Made by a program: the position numbers and the translations under genes
Notes under the pieces: model-generated
Seen by the model: the letters and a program-made list of their open reading frames with translations, nothing else
Told to the model about the DNA's origin: nothing
The model's database searches: none
NCBI GenBank assembly: GCA_965637545.1
Contig: OZ281500.1
Location: 4,030,001 to 4,094,000 of the forward strand
Length of the DNA: 64,000 nt
Source of the DNA: Phallusia mammillata
Taxonomy: Eukaryota
Direction: 5' to 3'
In this document: positions 47,360-60,300 of the stretch, in pieces
Layout of the letters: the number at the start of each line of letters is the position of its first letter
Position numbering within the stretch: position 1 is the stretch's first letter

Positions 47360-50300
47360 ATGCTTCGGCTGACATCCGTGTTCCTGATTTTTGTCTTTTT
47401 CGTCTGTTCCCCAACGCCTTCATCAGGATTTTTTGAATCTCTATTGAACCGGGTACAGAAGAACCTAATGACAAGATGGGAACAGCTCCGAGATCAGCAA
47501 ACTCGTCCTCGTCTCCTAGCGCAATTGCATTTGGATGGGAGTCCCACCTTTGTTGAGGTACAAAGAACCTGAAATGTTTTCATACCGCTATCGTTTTGTT
47601 CATTGCAATTAAACTAAAGGCGGTGTTATAAAATCTTGTTGACCAACGTTAAATGTTGAGTATACATTTAGGTCACTTGTTCAAAATTATTTAAAAAGAG
47701 CATCAGACAATTAATGTCAATGTTAATGTCAGAATTTTTTTAATGTCAATTTTTTTTATTCCAAGCGGAATTTAAATGCATGGTTCTGTATTATTTTAAT
47801 AGAATGAATAAAACTTTTGACGCTGATCATTTTGAGTAATTTTGAATATTTGAAGTGATGGCAGATCCGTCGGTGACCATCCTGTTCCGTTGTATTCCTA
47901 AGCCTCACAACATTTCACTTTAGTTTAAAATTGTGTGTAAAAAACGCCAGCTCTTAGGATTCAACCAAACTTTCAACTTAGTTCAGTTAACAGTTTTGAT
48001 TTATACAAATCCCTATAAAATGTTTTGTGTCATAAAACTAACGTAAGTTGACTTGTTTGGCTTTCAGCTTGTATTTTTGCTGTTGCAAAGAATATTTTTC
48101 AACAATTTATTTTCTTTAGGGAAAGACAAATTAAACGGTAATGTAAACTTGACATTTAAATTCGTTACTAGGCAAAGTTTCCTGGCCCAGTTTTGTAATC
48201 ACGCCCCTTTTACCAGAGTTGTTAGCGTACCCGATACTAGGGCCCGAAAGTACAAGCCCTTATACCTGGGTAAATTTCTTGAAAAATGTCTGTTGTTTAT
48301 GAAGATTTGACTTATGTAATGTTGCTTTGCGCCACACAAAACATCGTCTCTATTTTGATAGTATTATTCAAAAGGTCCTATTTGCGATAGACATGAAAAC
48401 GTCAATAACTCTATGTGATAATCGAGGTCTCTCTTATGGTCCGCGAATGGAAGCCTAAATAGCAAAAGTATTGATAGATATTTGATTTGTCTCAAGTTTA
48501 ACCCAAGTGTTTACTTTACGCATTGTGTGCTACGTGATTACGTATAATTGATGAGCTTAATTAATCCTTCTGGTGGGCAATCAGGAGCCATATGTACTAA
48601 CACAACTCAGGCCTTGAGGCGCATGCTTGTCGACCAATTAACAATTGACACGTTACAAATCGCACAATTAGCAATCAAGCATTGGTTTAGACATTCCGTC
48701 TGCATTCCATGTGCCATTTCTCCTATATTGCCAGGTTATGGTAACTAAAAATTGATTTTTATGTAAAGAATAGCCAAAGATAGTGAAAAAAGTTGCAGAC
48801 ACACAGTTTTACAATAGTAAAAATCAACGCCCAATCCACTAACCTGCTTTAAACTTTGTTATTTTGCAGACGGTTGAAAACGTTGGCAACATGGACTTGG
48901 CCGTGTGCTCCTTCAACAAAACCGGGAAAAAGGTTTCGCTATTGAGGATGCAGCACGTCGCTGAGTGGCTAAAAGGAGAGGACAACTTTACAACCGAAGT
49001 GATGGCTTCGGCAATGGGCTGGCCCAACGCTGTGGGGAGGATTGAAAGTAAGTGTAAATAATAGGCAATAAAAAAACTTCTGGTAGACCTTAAATACTTA
49101 AGCGCATAAAACACAAACGAGCGATGAGATTCGAATCCACAAAATATTGTTATATATTTACATTGTTGTGTACAAAATAACAATTTTGGTTATGTACCAC
49201 ATATTTATTACTTCCGGTCTTATTTATTAATGCTTTGAAATTCACAGATACTGACATTTTTCGAATATGTATCAAGTATGCAAATATCTATATCGAAGTG
49301 GGTGCAATATCGGTTGACTAATCACAATTAAATTCTTCGACGTTTTTTTAATGCCAAATTTTATATTTTGCAGACGACATCCTTGTCGATAGCCAGCAGG
49401 ACTATTGGTGGATGACCACGACTTATTATGCACCTGAAAGATCAGGAGGCAGCATAACCTTTCTTCCCCTGCCGTCCAATGAGAGCGATCTAATCGGTCA
49501 CGTGAGAGTTACGAAGCAAGGCAAGTCGGGACATGCGAAGAACTGGTATTACTCGATGATTGACTGGGTTGACATGGACCAGGACGGTTGGCCTGACATT
49601 GTGACAACACGGTCACGTGTCATGCCAGGGTCAGTCAAGGTGTCGGAGCTAATTTGGCTGCAAAATCCGGGTCTTTCGTCTTTGTGGACTAGCAGACGGA
49701 GGTAAAAAAAAACTTACAGTCTTTACGTAACTCAGTGGTGGGATTCATTTTTAAGTCAGCCGGTTCTATCACAAAAGTCGTATTTTTCAGCCGGGTCTGT
49801 TACAAAAAGTCCATTGACAATAACCAGCAATGCTAACCGGTTCACTGATCTAACAAAATTTCGTCAGACGGTTCTACATAAAACCGATGCGAACCGGCAG
49901 AATCCCACCACTGCTTATGTCCTGTACTTGGTGCATGAACGATACGGAGTTGCATAATGGTATTTTTTTTCTTTTTGATTTAGCAAGGTGTTGTAAAGTT
50001 TTACTACAGAAAATCCAAAATTTATACTTAACTATAGGCGCAGGCTAAACGTTTAGAGGCAAATACAACACAAATTATTTAGATACTGTATTAAGTGATT
50101 ATAAAAATAATAGGTTATACACAGTAAATCTCTGTTAATCCGGACCCGTTTAAAAAATATTGACTGGATTAACCGAATCTGTTTCAACCGAAGTTTGCTG
50201 TACTTTGGTTTGTCCGTTAAATCCAAAAAGTCAAATTTTACGTTACGTTTCAGCTGGACTGCTCATCCTATCACCCATGGCCCAGATGTGACTTTTCGTG

Positions 50301-53300
50301 TACTGAGAATTCCTTTGCCGTCTGGAGAAAGTCGACTGGTGATTATTGGAGCCGGTTATTGGGACAATAAACTCTACGCCGTGTGGACCGACGGTAAATT
50401 GCATCCAGATGTATTGACGCATTAAGTGACTGTTATAAATCTCTATTAAGAAAAAAACGTAAAATATTTGTACTACTGTCACTTTGTTTTGTGGAATGTG
50501 AAAAACTCAATTTCCTCACCAAAGATGCTGCATTATTAACATGGACTAAAGCTCCGGTATTTAGCTTAAAACTTACTATTGTCAAACTCATAAATCAATT
50601 GTGTAGTACAATAATCAGGAAGGCTGAAACTCGTCTATGTGCGTGTATGACCCCGGGTTAATTTAAGTGAAGGTTATTTCAGGTCATAATATCGGCGAGA
50701 TTGTGTTATCTAGGACCACCTGTATACTTTCAAATAAAACGTTCCGGTTTCGGAGCCAATATTCGTTGTAAATTTTCAAGCGTTTAGCTCCAAATATCGG
50801 GCAAAGCTTGTATGTTGCGCTTTTAGCCCAGAAATTATCACAGTATACTGCAAAGATTTGTAAATGCTGCGGACTCGATTCGTGCCGGTATGACCCGAGG
50901 TTAATTTTAGTCCGGGTTATTCCAGGTCACAAAGCTTGCGAGGTTGCGTAATCCTGAACCATGTGGTTTGGGGTCCCTGCTTTTCGTCGTCAGCGTTTCA
51001 AGCTCCACAAAACAACAGCTGGAATTGTTTTTTGACCTACGTTCGACCCCGTCAATGCTTATTTCCATCGAAAACATATTTATTCTCTCAATGACTCCAC
51101 AGACCCGGAGGAAGACTGGTCGAATGTGGAAGCAGTTAACGAGAGAGTAATCGACAATCACGGATGGTTTTATGACCTGCAAATTGCTGACGTAAACGCA
51201 GACGGAAGAGATGACGTCATCGTTTCAACATGGGTGTAAGTCTTTTTGACAGCAACGACCGACAAGTATTAGGTTTATTGGTTTCTAACTTTGACCAGTT
51301 GCAATGCGTCACGTGTTACTATATTTCCATGGTGAACTTTTTGCCTCCAATGAGTTTACTATTAAAGGGACTTTACAGCAATTTAGGGTCTTGAGAAAAT
51401 CGGATTTAGGAAAAGGTAAAACAGCTGAACTAATAAAAGTAACCTCTACATTAAATTTTTAATTAAAGCTGGCGTAATTTTATCCCATTTGCATAGTTGC
51501 TTGAAGTACAACGCTACATAGTAAAGAATAAAATATATGATGCCAAATAATAAAATACTCGCGCGTCATAAGCTAAGCAGGAAGTTTGTATTTACATTTA
51601 AATTTGACTAATGATTAAAAAAAACATGTCCGTTGCGCACTATAATGGCAAGCACCACTTCCCATGCAGACGTTTCAAAGGTTCTAGATTTTTGAACAAA
51701 ATCTAAACCACTTTCAGGCTGTGTTTGATTGACAAAAAATAAAACATATGACAGTTGCCATTCCTCCTTTTCACAAAGACCTATAATAATCATCAACTTT
51801 TCCAATAAGAAACAACCGTTGTGATAATAAAACCACAGGTTCTTCATTTTTACCAGTTTGTATGTTACTTCAGGCACGGCTTGCAACAGGGCTCAGTGAT
51901 CGTCTACGAAATCCCTTGCGACTTCATACATGGCAAGTGGCGTCGTCACACGCTAATAGATGGCGCTGTTGATATGCCACTTCCCGATCTCGGCTCTGGT
52001 GGGCGAATCAAGGTCTTCCACCCAGTGGCGCTGCACTCCGCCGTATCAAGGTAAGTTGAATTGACTGGAAGGTTGGAGGTGCTTATCCCATATACAGACA
52101 AAAAATCTTACATTTTCAAAGTTGTCTTCATAGATAATTACGCCAGAGAGCGTCCTATAAGGTTTTAACCAGTTAAAAAAACGTTTAAAGTGGATATAAG
52201 ATAAGCATTTGGGTGGATGAAATTCTCCCATGTAAAGAAACAAAAACAAAGATCGGTTGTTCGTTATTGAAGGGTTTCTGCAACAAAAAAATACAAAATA
52301 GCTGTTTTAAGGCGATTGGTAAGTTACAGGTGATTATTTTGCTGCAGGAAGAAAAAGCCGTTTATTATAGTTTCCGGGGACAACGACGGGAGAGTTTACG
52401 TTCTTATTCCAAGTTCGCGCAAAACGAATGACTGGGAATACATCAGCCACGATGTAAGTAAAAATTAATTATGGTAATATTTTTCTTTACACGTCTTTAT
52501 GTTGATATAGCCTAGTATGCTATGTTATTATATGAAGTGGTTGTAAACGAAATTCAAATCCTAGTGTATTGTGTAGCCGTAGGGCTTACATTGATCAGTG
52601 ATTTACCTACCCACAGTTCACGGACGTAAATAAGTCCATGAAACGTCATCAAATATATTTCAACTGCGCAGTTTTTCATGAGTTTATATGTTTATTGGGC
52701 CCATAAATGTCTAGGGAAAGCCAAAAGTATTGCATGCAAGACCTAAAAAGGGTAAACACTGGCTAAACAGAAATCTTGACTTGCTGTTAGAACATGCACA
52801 AATTCTATTTAATGCTTTGTTTAGTTCAGCGGTTCCCAAACTGGGGTCCGCGGTCCTTTAGGGGCCCGTGAGGCAATTTTGAGGGGACCGCGAGGCGATT
52901 GAAGTAATTCTATAATCTTATTTGGCGTCAATTTGTACCACTAAATAAGTTTAAATCAAAGTAGAATTGAGAATCGACTGTCTCCATTGCTAAACAATGG
53001 CCTTTATTGAATGACAGCTATAATAAATGCAATTGTTCGCGCACAATCGTAATGTTTTTGTCCTGTTTGTGAAGTCACATGCTGTCCTTGGATGATTATT
53101 ATGCGCAATTTTGCACAACTGGCTAAAATCCTGCAATAAACTTTTGTTTTTATGAAATACACATTTAGGCTTAAGGACCGCGAGCCCTCGAAATAATGGC
53201 AAGGTGACCGTTTAGAAAAAAATATTAAAAAGTTTGGGAACCACTGGTTTAGTTGAAAATAAAATAGCAAGTAATCCCCTTTGTCATACTAAAACTCAAT

Positions 53301-53559
53301 TTACCCCCTTTAATCAATTCATCGAGAGGTGTTTACTTCGGTTTGCATGAAATACCCCACTGTAATATTTTGCGACATTTGCTTCTTGCAGATCTATAGA
53401 GCACGAGGACCTGTGGGCGCGCTTGCTATCGACGACCTTAACCATGACGGATTCATGGAGATTGTTATCCCGGTTATGGACAGCAACAAACTCATGTTTT
53501 TCACATATGAACCTGGACCGATTGGCCCTGAGTACTTCGTCGACGAAAGGACACCCTAG
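47360..53559 (+). CDS. Secreted FG-GAP/VCBS-repeat (integrin-alpha-like beta-propeller) protein, 475 aa, 8 exons
   Basis: Exons 47360-47557, 48870-49047, 49374-49701, 50254-50393, 51103-51235, 51874-52050, 52348-52453 and 53392-53559, total 1428 nt, all GT-AG with matching phases. Signal-peptide-like N-terminus MLRLTSVFLIFVFFVCSPTPSSG. Ca-binding-type loops DMDQDGWPD, DVNADGRDD and DLNHDGFME. No TM anchor. Confidence 0.85.
49733..49913. mobile_element. Short hAT-like MITE (181 bp)
   Basis: Perfect 14-bp TIRs cagtggtgggattc / gaatcccaccactg. No matching TSD seen. Confidence 0.8.
50122..50200. mobile_element. Tiny Tc1/pogo-like MITE derivative
   Basis: cagtaaatctctgttaatccggacc ... tcaaccgaagtttgctg followed by TA. 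Same family core as 9952 and 38298. Confidence 0.55.
50645..50906 (+). repeat. 19-bp direct repeat pair 243 bp apart in FG-GAP intron 4
   Basis: gtatgaccccgggttaatt at 50645 and gtatgacccgaggttaatt at 50888; 17 of 19 identical. Confidence 0.55.
52827..53246. mobile_element. hAT (Charlie/Buster-like) MITE in FG-GAP intron 7
   Basis: TIRs cagcggttcccaaact / agtttgggaaccactg (15 of 16). Perfect 8-bp TSD gtttagtt. Confidence 0.93.
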
Positions 53560-54057
53560 TCATCTAAATGCCGTGGTTTTTTATGCTTTTAGCCTGAACT
53601 TTTATATTGACCTAGGATAAATAATATTTTACGTTTTCTGGTAAATGTTTACTTGAACTCTTTTTTAGATGTCCATAATTTGCTATCATAATTTATTGAT
53701 TGAAACTAAATAACAGTAGTGAAAAGAAATCGTTTATTTCTGTGTACAGTATTTGTAGTGTGTAGATTTTATCTGATTAGCCACTGTTTTCGAAAAAAAA
53801 AACTGTTGTACAAATGTGAATACGGCATAAGATGGTTGTTGATGCGATATAATTCCGTTAAGAGATGCGCAAAACTTTAAAACTCTGTTTTTATCGTGAT
53901 TGGAATAAATTTGTACCTAGCTTTCAATGTAAACGACATCTGTGCAGAGAACTTGGGGCTAGAATATGTGAAAAAGATAATATTTATCTCCGAAAAAAAG
54001 AAAACACTTTGTGTTAAACGATGCAAAATTTGGTTCGGTGAAACAGAACGTTACTTA

Positions 54058-54501
54058 AAGTGGCTTTCAACCTATGGGTTGCGACCCTGTTTGCTATTTG
54101 ATTGTGGGTCGCAAAAGATAAGAAAAGATAACCACTAAAATGTTTTTGTCAGCAATAAAACAGAATAAAGATCACCAAGAATAATCTGACAATTTTATTC
54201 AAACTTGTTTCGTATGTCGCAAGAAAAATAAATGTTGTAGCCTATTACGTGACTATGCTGAAAATAATATGCCCAACGCATTTGACACTGCTCGGCAAAC
54301 TAACGACAAAACAGGCATTTATATTGGATATTGCATGATTGCTTACTAGATGAAGCATGTCAGTATTTTGTAACTAGTTAACCGATATGAGGACAAGCAA
54401 GTTTAATTTCCCTTTGCCTGAAGTGAGTGTTTAACTTAGTAAAAACCTCAAAGAAAATTAGAAGGGGGTCACAGGTTGCTAAGAAGGGTTGCAAAACAAT
54501 G
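54058..54501. mobile_element. Old, degenerate SPIN/Buster-like MITE
   Basis: Left end aagtggctttcaacctatgggttgcgaccc and right end gggtcac...aagggttgcaaaacaatg resemble CAGTGGTTCTCAACC-type termini. No TSD. Confidence 0.45.
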
Positions 54502-54967
54502 ACCAGTAAATCTGTAACATGTTTATTTAACATCTGGACCTAAAATTTGAACCACGCCTGAAATTTTTTCGTCTAGCCGATCCAGGTACAAAACCATTGC
54601 CACACACACAGATCTTTTCTGACAACGTCGGTCCAGATTGCAAATTACAACCGCCGTGACGTCAATGCAACCACAAAGGCTGCTCTGAGTTTACATTTTA
54701 AGCCGTCTTGAAAGATGTTCGAAATTCCTGCTGGCGTTTTAAATATTGTAATCTTGAAATTTAGCATGTAATTGGAACTAACAATAGAAAATTAAGTTTT
54801 TATTCGTGTCAGACAATCCAATTAAAGTGTTAATGAAATTGATGTTTACTCTGAATGAAAACTAAAGCATATTACATTCCCGCGTAAAGTTAAACAAAAC
54901 GTAACTTTTTTCTGCAACGATATAACCTACTGTGACTATAGTCTATATATAGGATAGCTGGACCATT

Positions 54968-55297
54968 TGGAGTTAAAAACGGGCCTGAAATTGGAACCGA
55001 ATCCGAAGTACAAACCTGAAACTCGACCCGAGCACAAAACGTTTTGGAGAAGCTCGTTTAGTCCCGAAAGTTTGTTTGAAAGGCCTACCCAAAGTTGTCA
55101 CCGGAAAGACAACAAACACAATAGACAATGGTCTTAACATGGCGTTTTTGTGCCATTGGGCATTATAGGTGAAGTCCAGCAACTAGCTAATTAAACTTAT
55201 TTGGAAAAAATACTGACACAGAGTGTGAAGTCAGGCCCGAATCAAGCCATTTTTTTGCAGAAAGCCAAGCCCGAACCCGGCCCGACTTACAACTCTG
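54968..55297. mobile_element. hAT-like MITE of the (C)AGAGTTGTAAGTCGGG family
   Basis: Right end cccggcccgacttacaactctg; degenerate left end tggagttaaaaacgggcc. Flanks ggaccatt / ggaccgtt (7 of 8 TSD). Internal ccgaa motifs. Confidence 0.65.
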
Positions 55298-55523
55298 GGA
55301 CCGTTATCAATACAAAATACTTTTGGTCCCAAAAGTAGCCTACTGACGAAATAAATTTGCAGCAAAAGCAAAAAATGGAATTGGGATACAAAATAGCTCC
55401 GGCCCAAATGATTTATTATATATATCTAATTTGAGTTTGGCCAAGATGAGCCTGCTTTTTGTGACGTAAACCTTCTGTAACGTCATAAATTTGTCACAAA
55501 ACCGTAAAGAAAAGGTTAAGAAC

Positions 55524-55952
55524 TAGTGATGCACCGAAGTTTCGGTTGGCCGAAACATTTCGGCCGAAACCGCTGTTTTCCAATGTTTCGGTTTCGGCCC
55601 GAACTTTTTTGAAAATTCGGCCGAAACCGAACTTTTTTATTGCATGGAATTGAGGCCTTAAAATTTCATTTACGCCCATACGAAACATCATTAATTAACT
55701 TTTTGCTGTATCTATGAAATACCAGCCACGTTGTCTGCAAAATATTAGATGTTTAGCAAAGTTTACCCATTGTGAAAGTGATTTTAGTTTGTCAAAATTG
55801 AGTTCACTCGCATCAATAACACAAGGTTCAGTCGAAACCATCCACAAAACGGGGATTTTAGGTTCGGCCTGATTCGGCCGAAATTATTCGGCCTCATGGC
55901 CGAATATTCGGTTTCGGCCCGAACCTTTTTAGGCGGGTTCGGTGCATCACTA
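55524..55952. mobile_element. Young hAT MITE (TAGTGATG termini, 429 bp)
   Basis: Perfect 15-bp TIRs tagtgatgcaccgaa / ttcggtgcatcacta. Perfect 8-bp TSD ttaagaac. Dense subterminal ggccgaa/ttcggcc motifs. Confidence 0.95.
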
Positions 55953-56231
55953 TTAAGAACCACTGTCACATTTCAAGCCGGACAGTCAGAAATCCGACTT
56001 AGATTGCCTTCTTCGGAATTTGAAGGGATCAAGCAGTGACACGAACTTGGATTTAAGTCGCATAAATAAAGGTCGTAATCGGGAAATTCAAAAGATGGAT
56101 GAAAATTCCGATACTGATTAAAACGATGGCCCGACAGAAACACTCCTCTGATTGAAATGTTAGTGTTCGTTCGCAGATTTTTTCTGGATCAAGACGATAT
56201 GATTAGTAAATAATGATGGTAAGTATGCGTT

Positions 56232-56322
56232 AAAATTAATTAAAGTACACGAACCGTCAAGGTTTTGTTCCCTATGGTTAAAATTTATTAAATACACGAA
56301 CCGTGTTTTGTTCCCTATGGTT
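56232..56322 (+). repeat. Tandem ~45-bp duplication
   Basis: aaaattWattaaa(g)tacacgaaccgt(caag)gttttgttccctatggtt occurs twice in tandem. Confidence 0.8.
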
Positions 56323-57025
56323 GGTTATTGCTAGGGAATTATGCCTTTATGCCTGTGCAAAATTGTCATTGAGATGTAATCCAATGCATGAAACGCGGTG
56401 CACAAAATTCAAGCCTGCATAGGCCTATAATATCAACCGATGTAGCCTATATAGTTTTTTTTAAGTAGTTAAAGTAGCCTAATCAGCAAAAACGTCCTTG
56501 GGTTCAAAAGTTGACGGTAAAACAAAACAGCAACGCGAAACAAGTTTGAGAAAGATCACAAAATCACACTGTTTATGAAATAGGCCTCGAAACGAAACAG
56601 TGAGTGTACATCCAGGCCCTACGAAAGGAGGGTGTAGCCGCACCGAACTCCATATGAGTTCAAAAAAGGTTCATATCAAATTTAATAATAGATTGGGGAA
56701 TTCTGCATGTTTTTTTTTTATTGTAGCTTGAATCTGAAAATTTTTATTCTGATTGTCGAGTATAGCAAGTTAGCACTGTTTTAACTACAAATTAGGCTCA
56801 TCAAGGCATTATTAGCGTTCCAAAAGGGGCTGATAATGTTTCGCTCAAGCTCATTTTTTTCCTCCTAGGGCTCTGTGTGCATCATTCGGTACTAAACTTT
56901 CTTTGCTGACCTAGTGTTATCTAACATACCTAGTTGAATTGGAAAAAGTGAATTTCAACTGCATGTTATCTTTTGATATATCATTAATAAAGTTATATTG
57001 TTTGGTGATGTGCAATTGTTTAGAC

Positions 57026-57360
57026 CAGGGGTGTGCAACTTGTTGCAAGCGGACCAAATGCTTATACCCATTGATTAATGTTTGTGCAGCCCGTAGAGGC
57101 GCTTGGATTTTAAATGTGCTTTCAAAAGAGTCGAAATATTATATATTTTTGAGCAGAATAATGCCCCCAGTGCTATTTTCTGCGACCTGACAATATGCAG
57201 CTAGAATTAAATGTGAATTTTACTTTTACCTGTTAACTCAATATAGGCATATTTGGTATGCAACAAAGTAAAATCACCTTGTGTTATTCAAAGAAGCGAC
57301 CCTCGATCTTATCTTGCTAATTGTATTTGGCCCCAGAGTGATAAAGGTTGCACGACCCTG
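57026..57360. mobile_element. hAT MITE related to 45694-45968
   Basis: TIRs caggggtgtgcaac / gttgcacgaccctg. Flanks gtttagac / gtttggcc (6 of 8). The 3' half aligns with the 45694 copy (ggtatgcaacRaagtaaaat.accttgtgttat...aattgtatttggcccc). Confidence 0.85.
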
Positions 57361-60300
57361 GTTTGGCCATTGTATGTGCATAAAAATACTCAATACTGTT
57401 TTTAGCGTTTCAGACCTAATTATTTTTATTAGCGTAGACCAAAAGTTTCTGTTTATAGACAAGTAGCAGAACTTGAACTTATGGTGGTTAAACTCCAAGT
57501 GTTTACGACTAGGGCTGACCACAACAAAAAACATCAATACAAGAGCCCTAAGCTCCCTGTGTTAATTGAACCGCGTGCTTAACCCCCATGACTCTGTCAA
57601 CTGCATGACAGAGCGTTGAAAGCAAAATTACATTAAAAACCACAAAGTCGACCCCGAGCCAAATGCCAATCATGCCTCGGATTTGCTTCCATGAAACACA
57701 TCAGAACAACCAAGGTTAGTCACCAAAGGACTGACTTGCGAACACTTCCCGAGGGACATTCGTCTCGAATTATGTCTCTGTAGCCTAATATTGGTTATAT
57801 TGACTGACACAAGATGTTTAATAATAAATCAGTTGCAATGTGTTTGGACATAGTTTTGTTAAAACATACTTGGATAAAGCTAATAGTGATTGAAAGCAAT
57901 TTTTACGCCCTATCTGAAAAGAGCCCTTCTTCCACTTTGCAGCTTGCTTCATAAAAAAACAAGCGCTTTTAGTGAAGAGTTTTAATGCCGATCGCAAAGT
58001 ATGATAGATGAATGTAAAAGACGACATAGGGAACAATTTTCTAGTGCCCAATTTTACCATGTGCCATTTTATAACGCACGGATGACAAAAACACAAAAGC
58101 GATTTCGCGCTGTTGTCAACCAACACAGAGACTCATCGGGAGGCAAACATAGACGACAGCTCGGTGATAAATGACAAGAAATCTGACACTTTTTTGTGAA
58201 GTTTTGCCTCGTATGGTGTACGTGGCGAATGCTAAGACTTGAAACAATAAGTTGAAAACGCAATTACATTTTGAGAAACCGGTGCTATAATACAATTACA
58301 ACAACGACTATAGTTACTTAGCCGAAATGACAGAAGAATGAAATGGATGTTTACAAAATACGTAGTAAAAAAACTATTTCGGCAAACAAACATATTAAGA
58401 TTAGGACATTGTACTGGTCAAGTAATATAGAGTTAAATTTTGCTTTTGTATTCAAACGTATTAAGTATAGCCCAAACAGCATTCACATCTGGTGTGTAAC
58501 TTGTCTTGGTTTAGACTTTAATTAATTCTTTTTTGTCATTTTATTTGAATAAGGTTGTTGAGAAGAAATAAATGTAAAAGGAAAGGCCGATCAGAGTACG
58601 AGTTTGTTGCTGTGAAGAAACTTTCGAATGTCAGTCCGAATATTTAGCCTAAGCTACCCGTAAAAACAGAACGTGACAAGTAAAATAGCTATAGGCAGTT
58701 TAGAATCAATACAGAACATTTGGTAAAAAAATGGCCATTATTTCAAAAGTCTGAAATAAGCATCTGCGTTAACTACCAGGTCAAGCAAACCCAATACAAA
58801 TGATAGACTTTTACATAAAACCAATGCACGATGAAAATGACATATTATCAAAATAAAAATCTGACCTTTACCTAAAAGCAACGTGTTTTGTCTTTGATGT
58901 GCGCTAAAAAAATAAATATTGCTCAAAGGGGGACATTTTCGTGCTCCGATGACCAATCGATGATAATGAACTCTGAACTCGCAGTAGCGGCGAAGTGCCT
59001 GTCACATTCAAAGCTAATTATTGGTCAGTGCGGGGAATACCCTATCCCGCGAGACCGCATCGATTCTGATGGGAGCCTGAAACTCCGTGTAATGAACGAA
59101 ACTCTGATATATCTGCCTGTAGCAAGCGTTGTCGAATGGAATGTAGTCGATTGCACACGTAATTATGAACAGCTTGAGCGAATCTTGCGGTGTAATAGAT
59201 TAACAAAGACTGCGCTCTTAGATTAGTAGGCTACAGTGTTTTCTACTAGTTACAGTCTTTTTTCACTTTAACCTCTTCGCTGACTAATAAAAGTGTTGAG
59301 ACAATAAAACAAGCATAAAATTGTAAAAAAAGTTGTTTTGTAAGGTGAAACAAAAACCTTTTAAGAAACTAGGTCCGCAGGCTTGGACTTGGGAAATACT
59401 TAGTTTGCGTGCATTTTTAGAAATAATGTAAACTACAAGCGCTCAAGTTTGTATGTTTACGTGAAGAAAGGATGATCGACTAAGATCTCGTGTCACAGTG
59501 TATGTAAACTGCAGCGCCCTTGCGAGCCATCACACAAAGTAAAAGTCCAGATTGTTTATAAGTAGTGACAAGGCGGTTCACGTCTTTCCGTTTGCGATCG
59601 AGGATTATCAAGGCTTGGTCCGCTCGGAAAAAGTTTAATTCTAATTGTTTGTTGACGGTGACGATGAGCGCCTTTTCGCTGAAGCAAAGGCGAGGACAGC
59701 GTAAACATTATTGAGCCAAATGAGACCTGAGGCAATAAAGAAGACACACTCCTGCTTTCGAGATGTCTCGTGTCACAAAACTTGAACACACCGTTCGAGG
59801 CTTTGTAACTCAGTGTTGTTTTTTGAGCTAGTTAGCATGTGAAATTGCAGCATGATTTAGGAATGTGGTCAGGTACCAGATATCGGTTTAATTCTTTTAT
59901 TCAGGGCGGTCTGCAACGAATATTTGTTGCTACAAAAATAGCAATTCACGATGTCGGAGTTTTTGCACAAAGAAAAGCAAACATAAGTAAGATATCAAGT
60001 GTTAGCATGTGGGTCAAAAATGTCATTTTCGCAAACCATGCAAAAATGCATTAAGGGCAACTTAACAATAAAAAAGATATTGCATTCGACAAAAACGCAT
60101 AGTAAAGGTAAATTTCTGTCTGGTGTACAGTTATCTAATTTTGAAAAACGAGTACAGAAAGCACAGACAGTGATTGTCAGTGAGGTGTTGTGTGTGGGGT
60201 CGTGTTCAACGATGAATAATTCATTTTGCGTGGGCAATCCGCAGACATATAATCGCGGCAACTTATCGATCTGTGTCATGCGATTTCCCCCTGGTCAATC

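Noticed and set aside
48120-48268. Open segment with AG/GT ends in FG-GAP intron 1
   Set aside because: It is open only as phase 1/1, whereas the flanking exons join in phase 0. Inclusion would break the frame.
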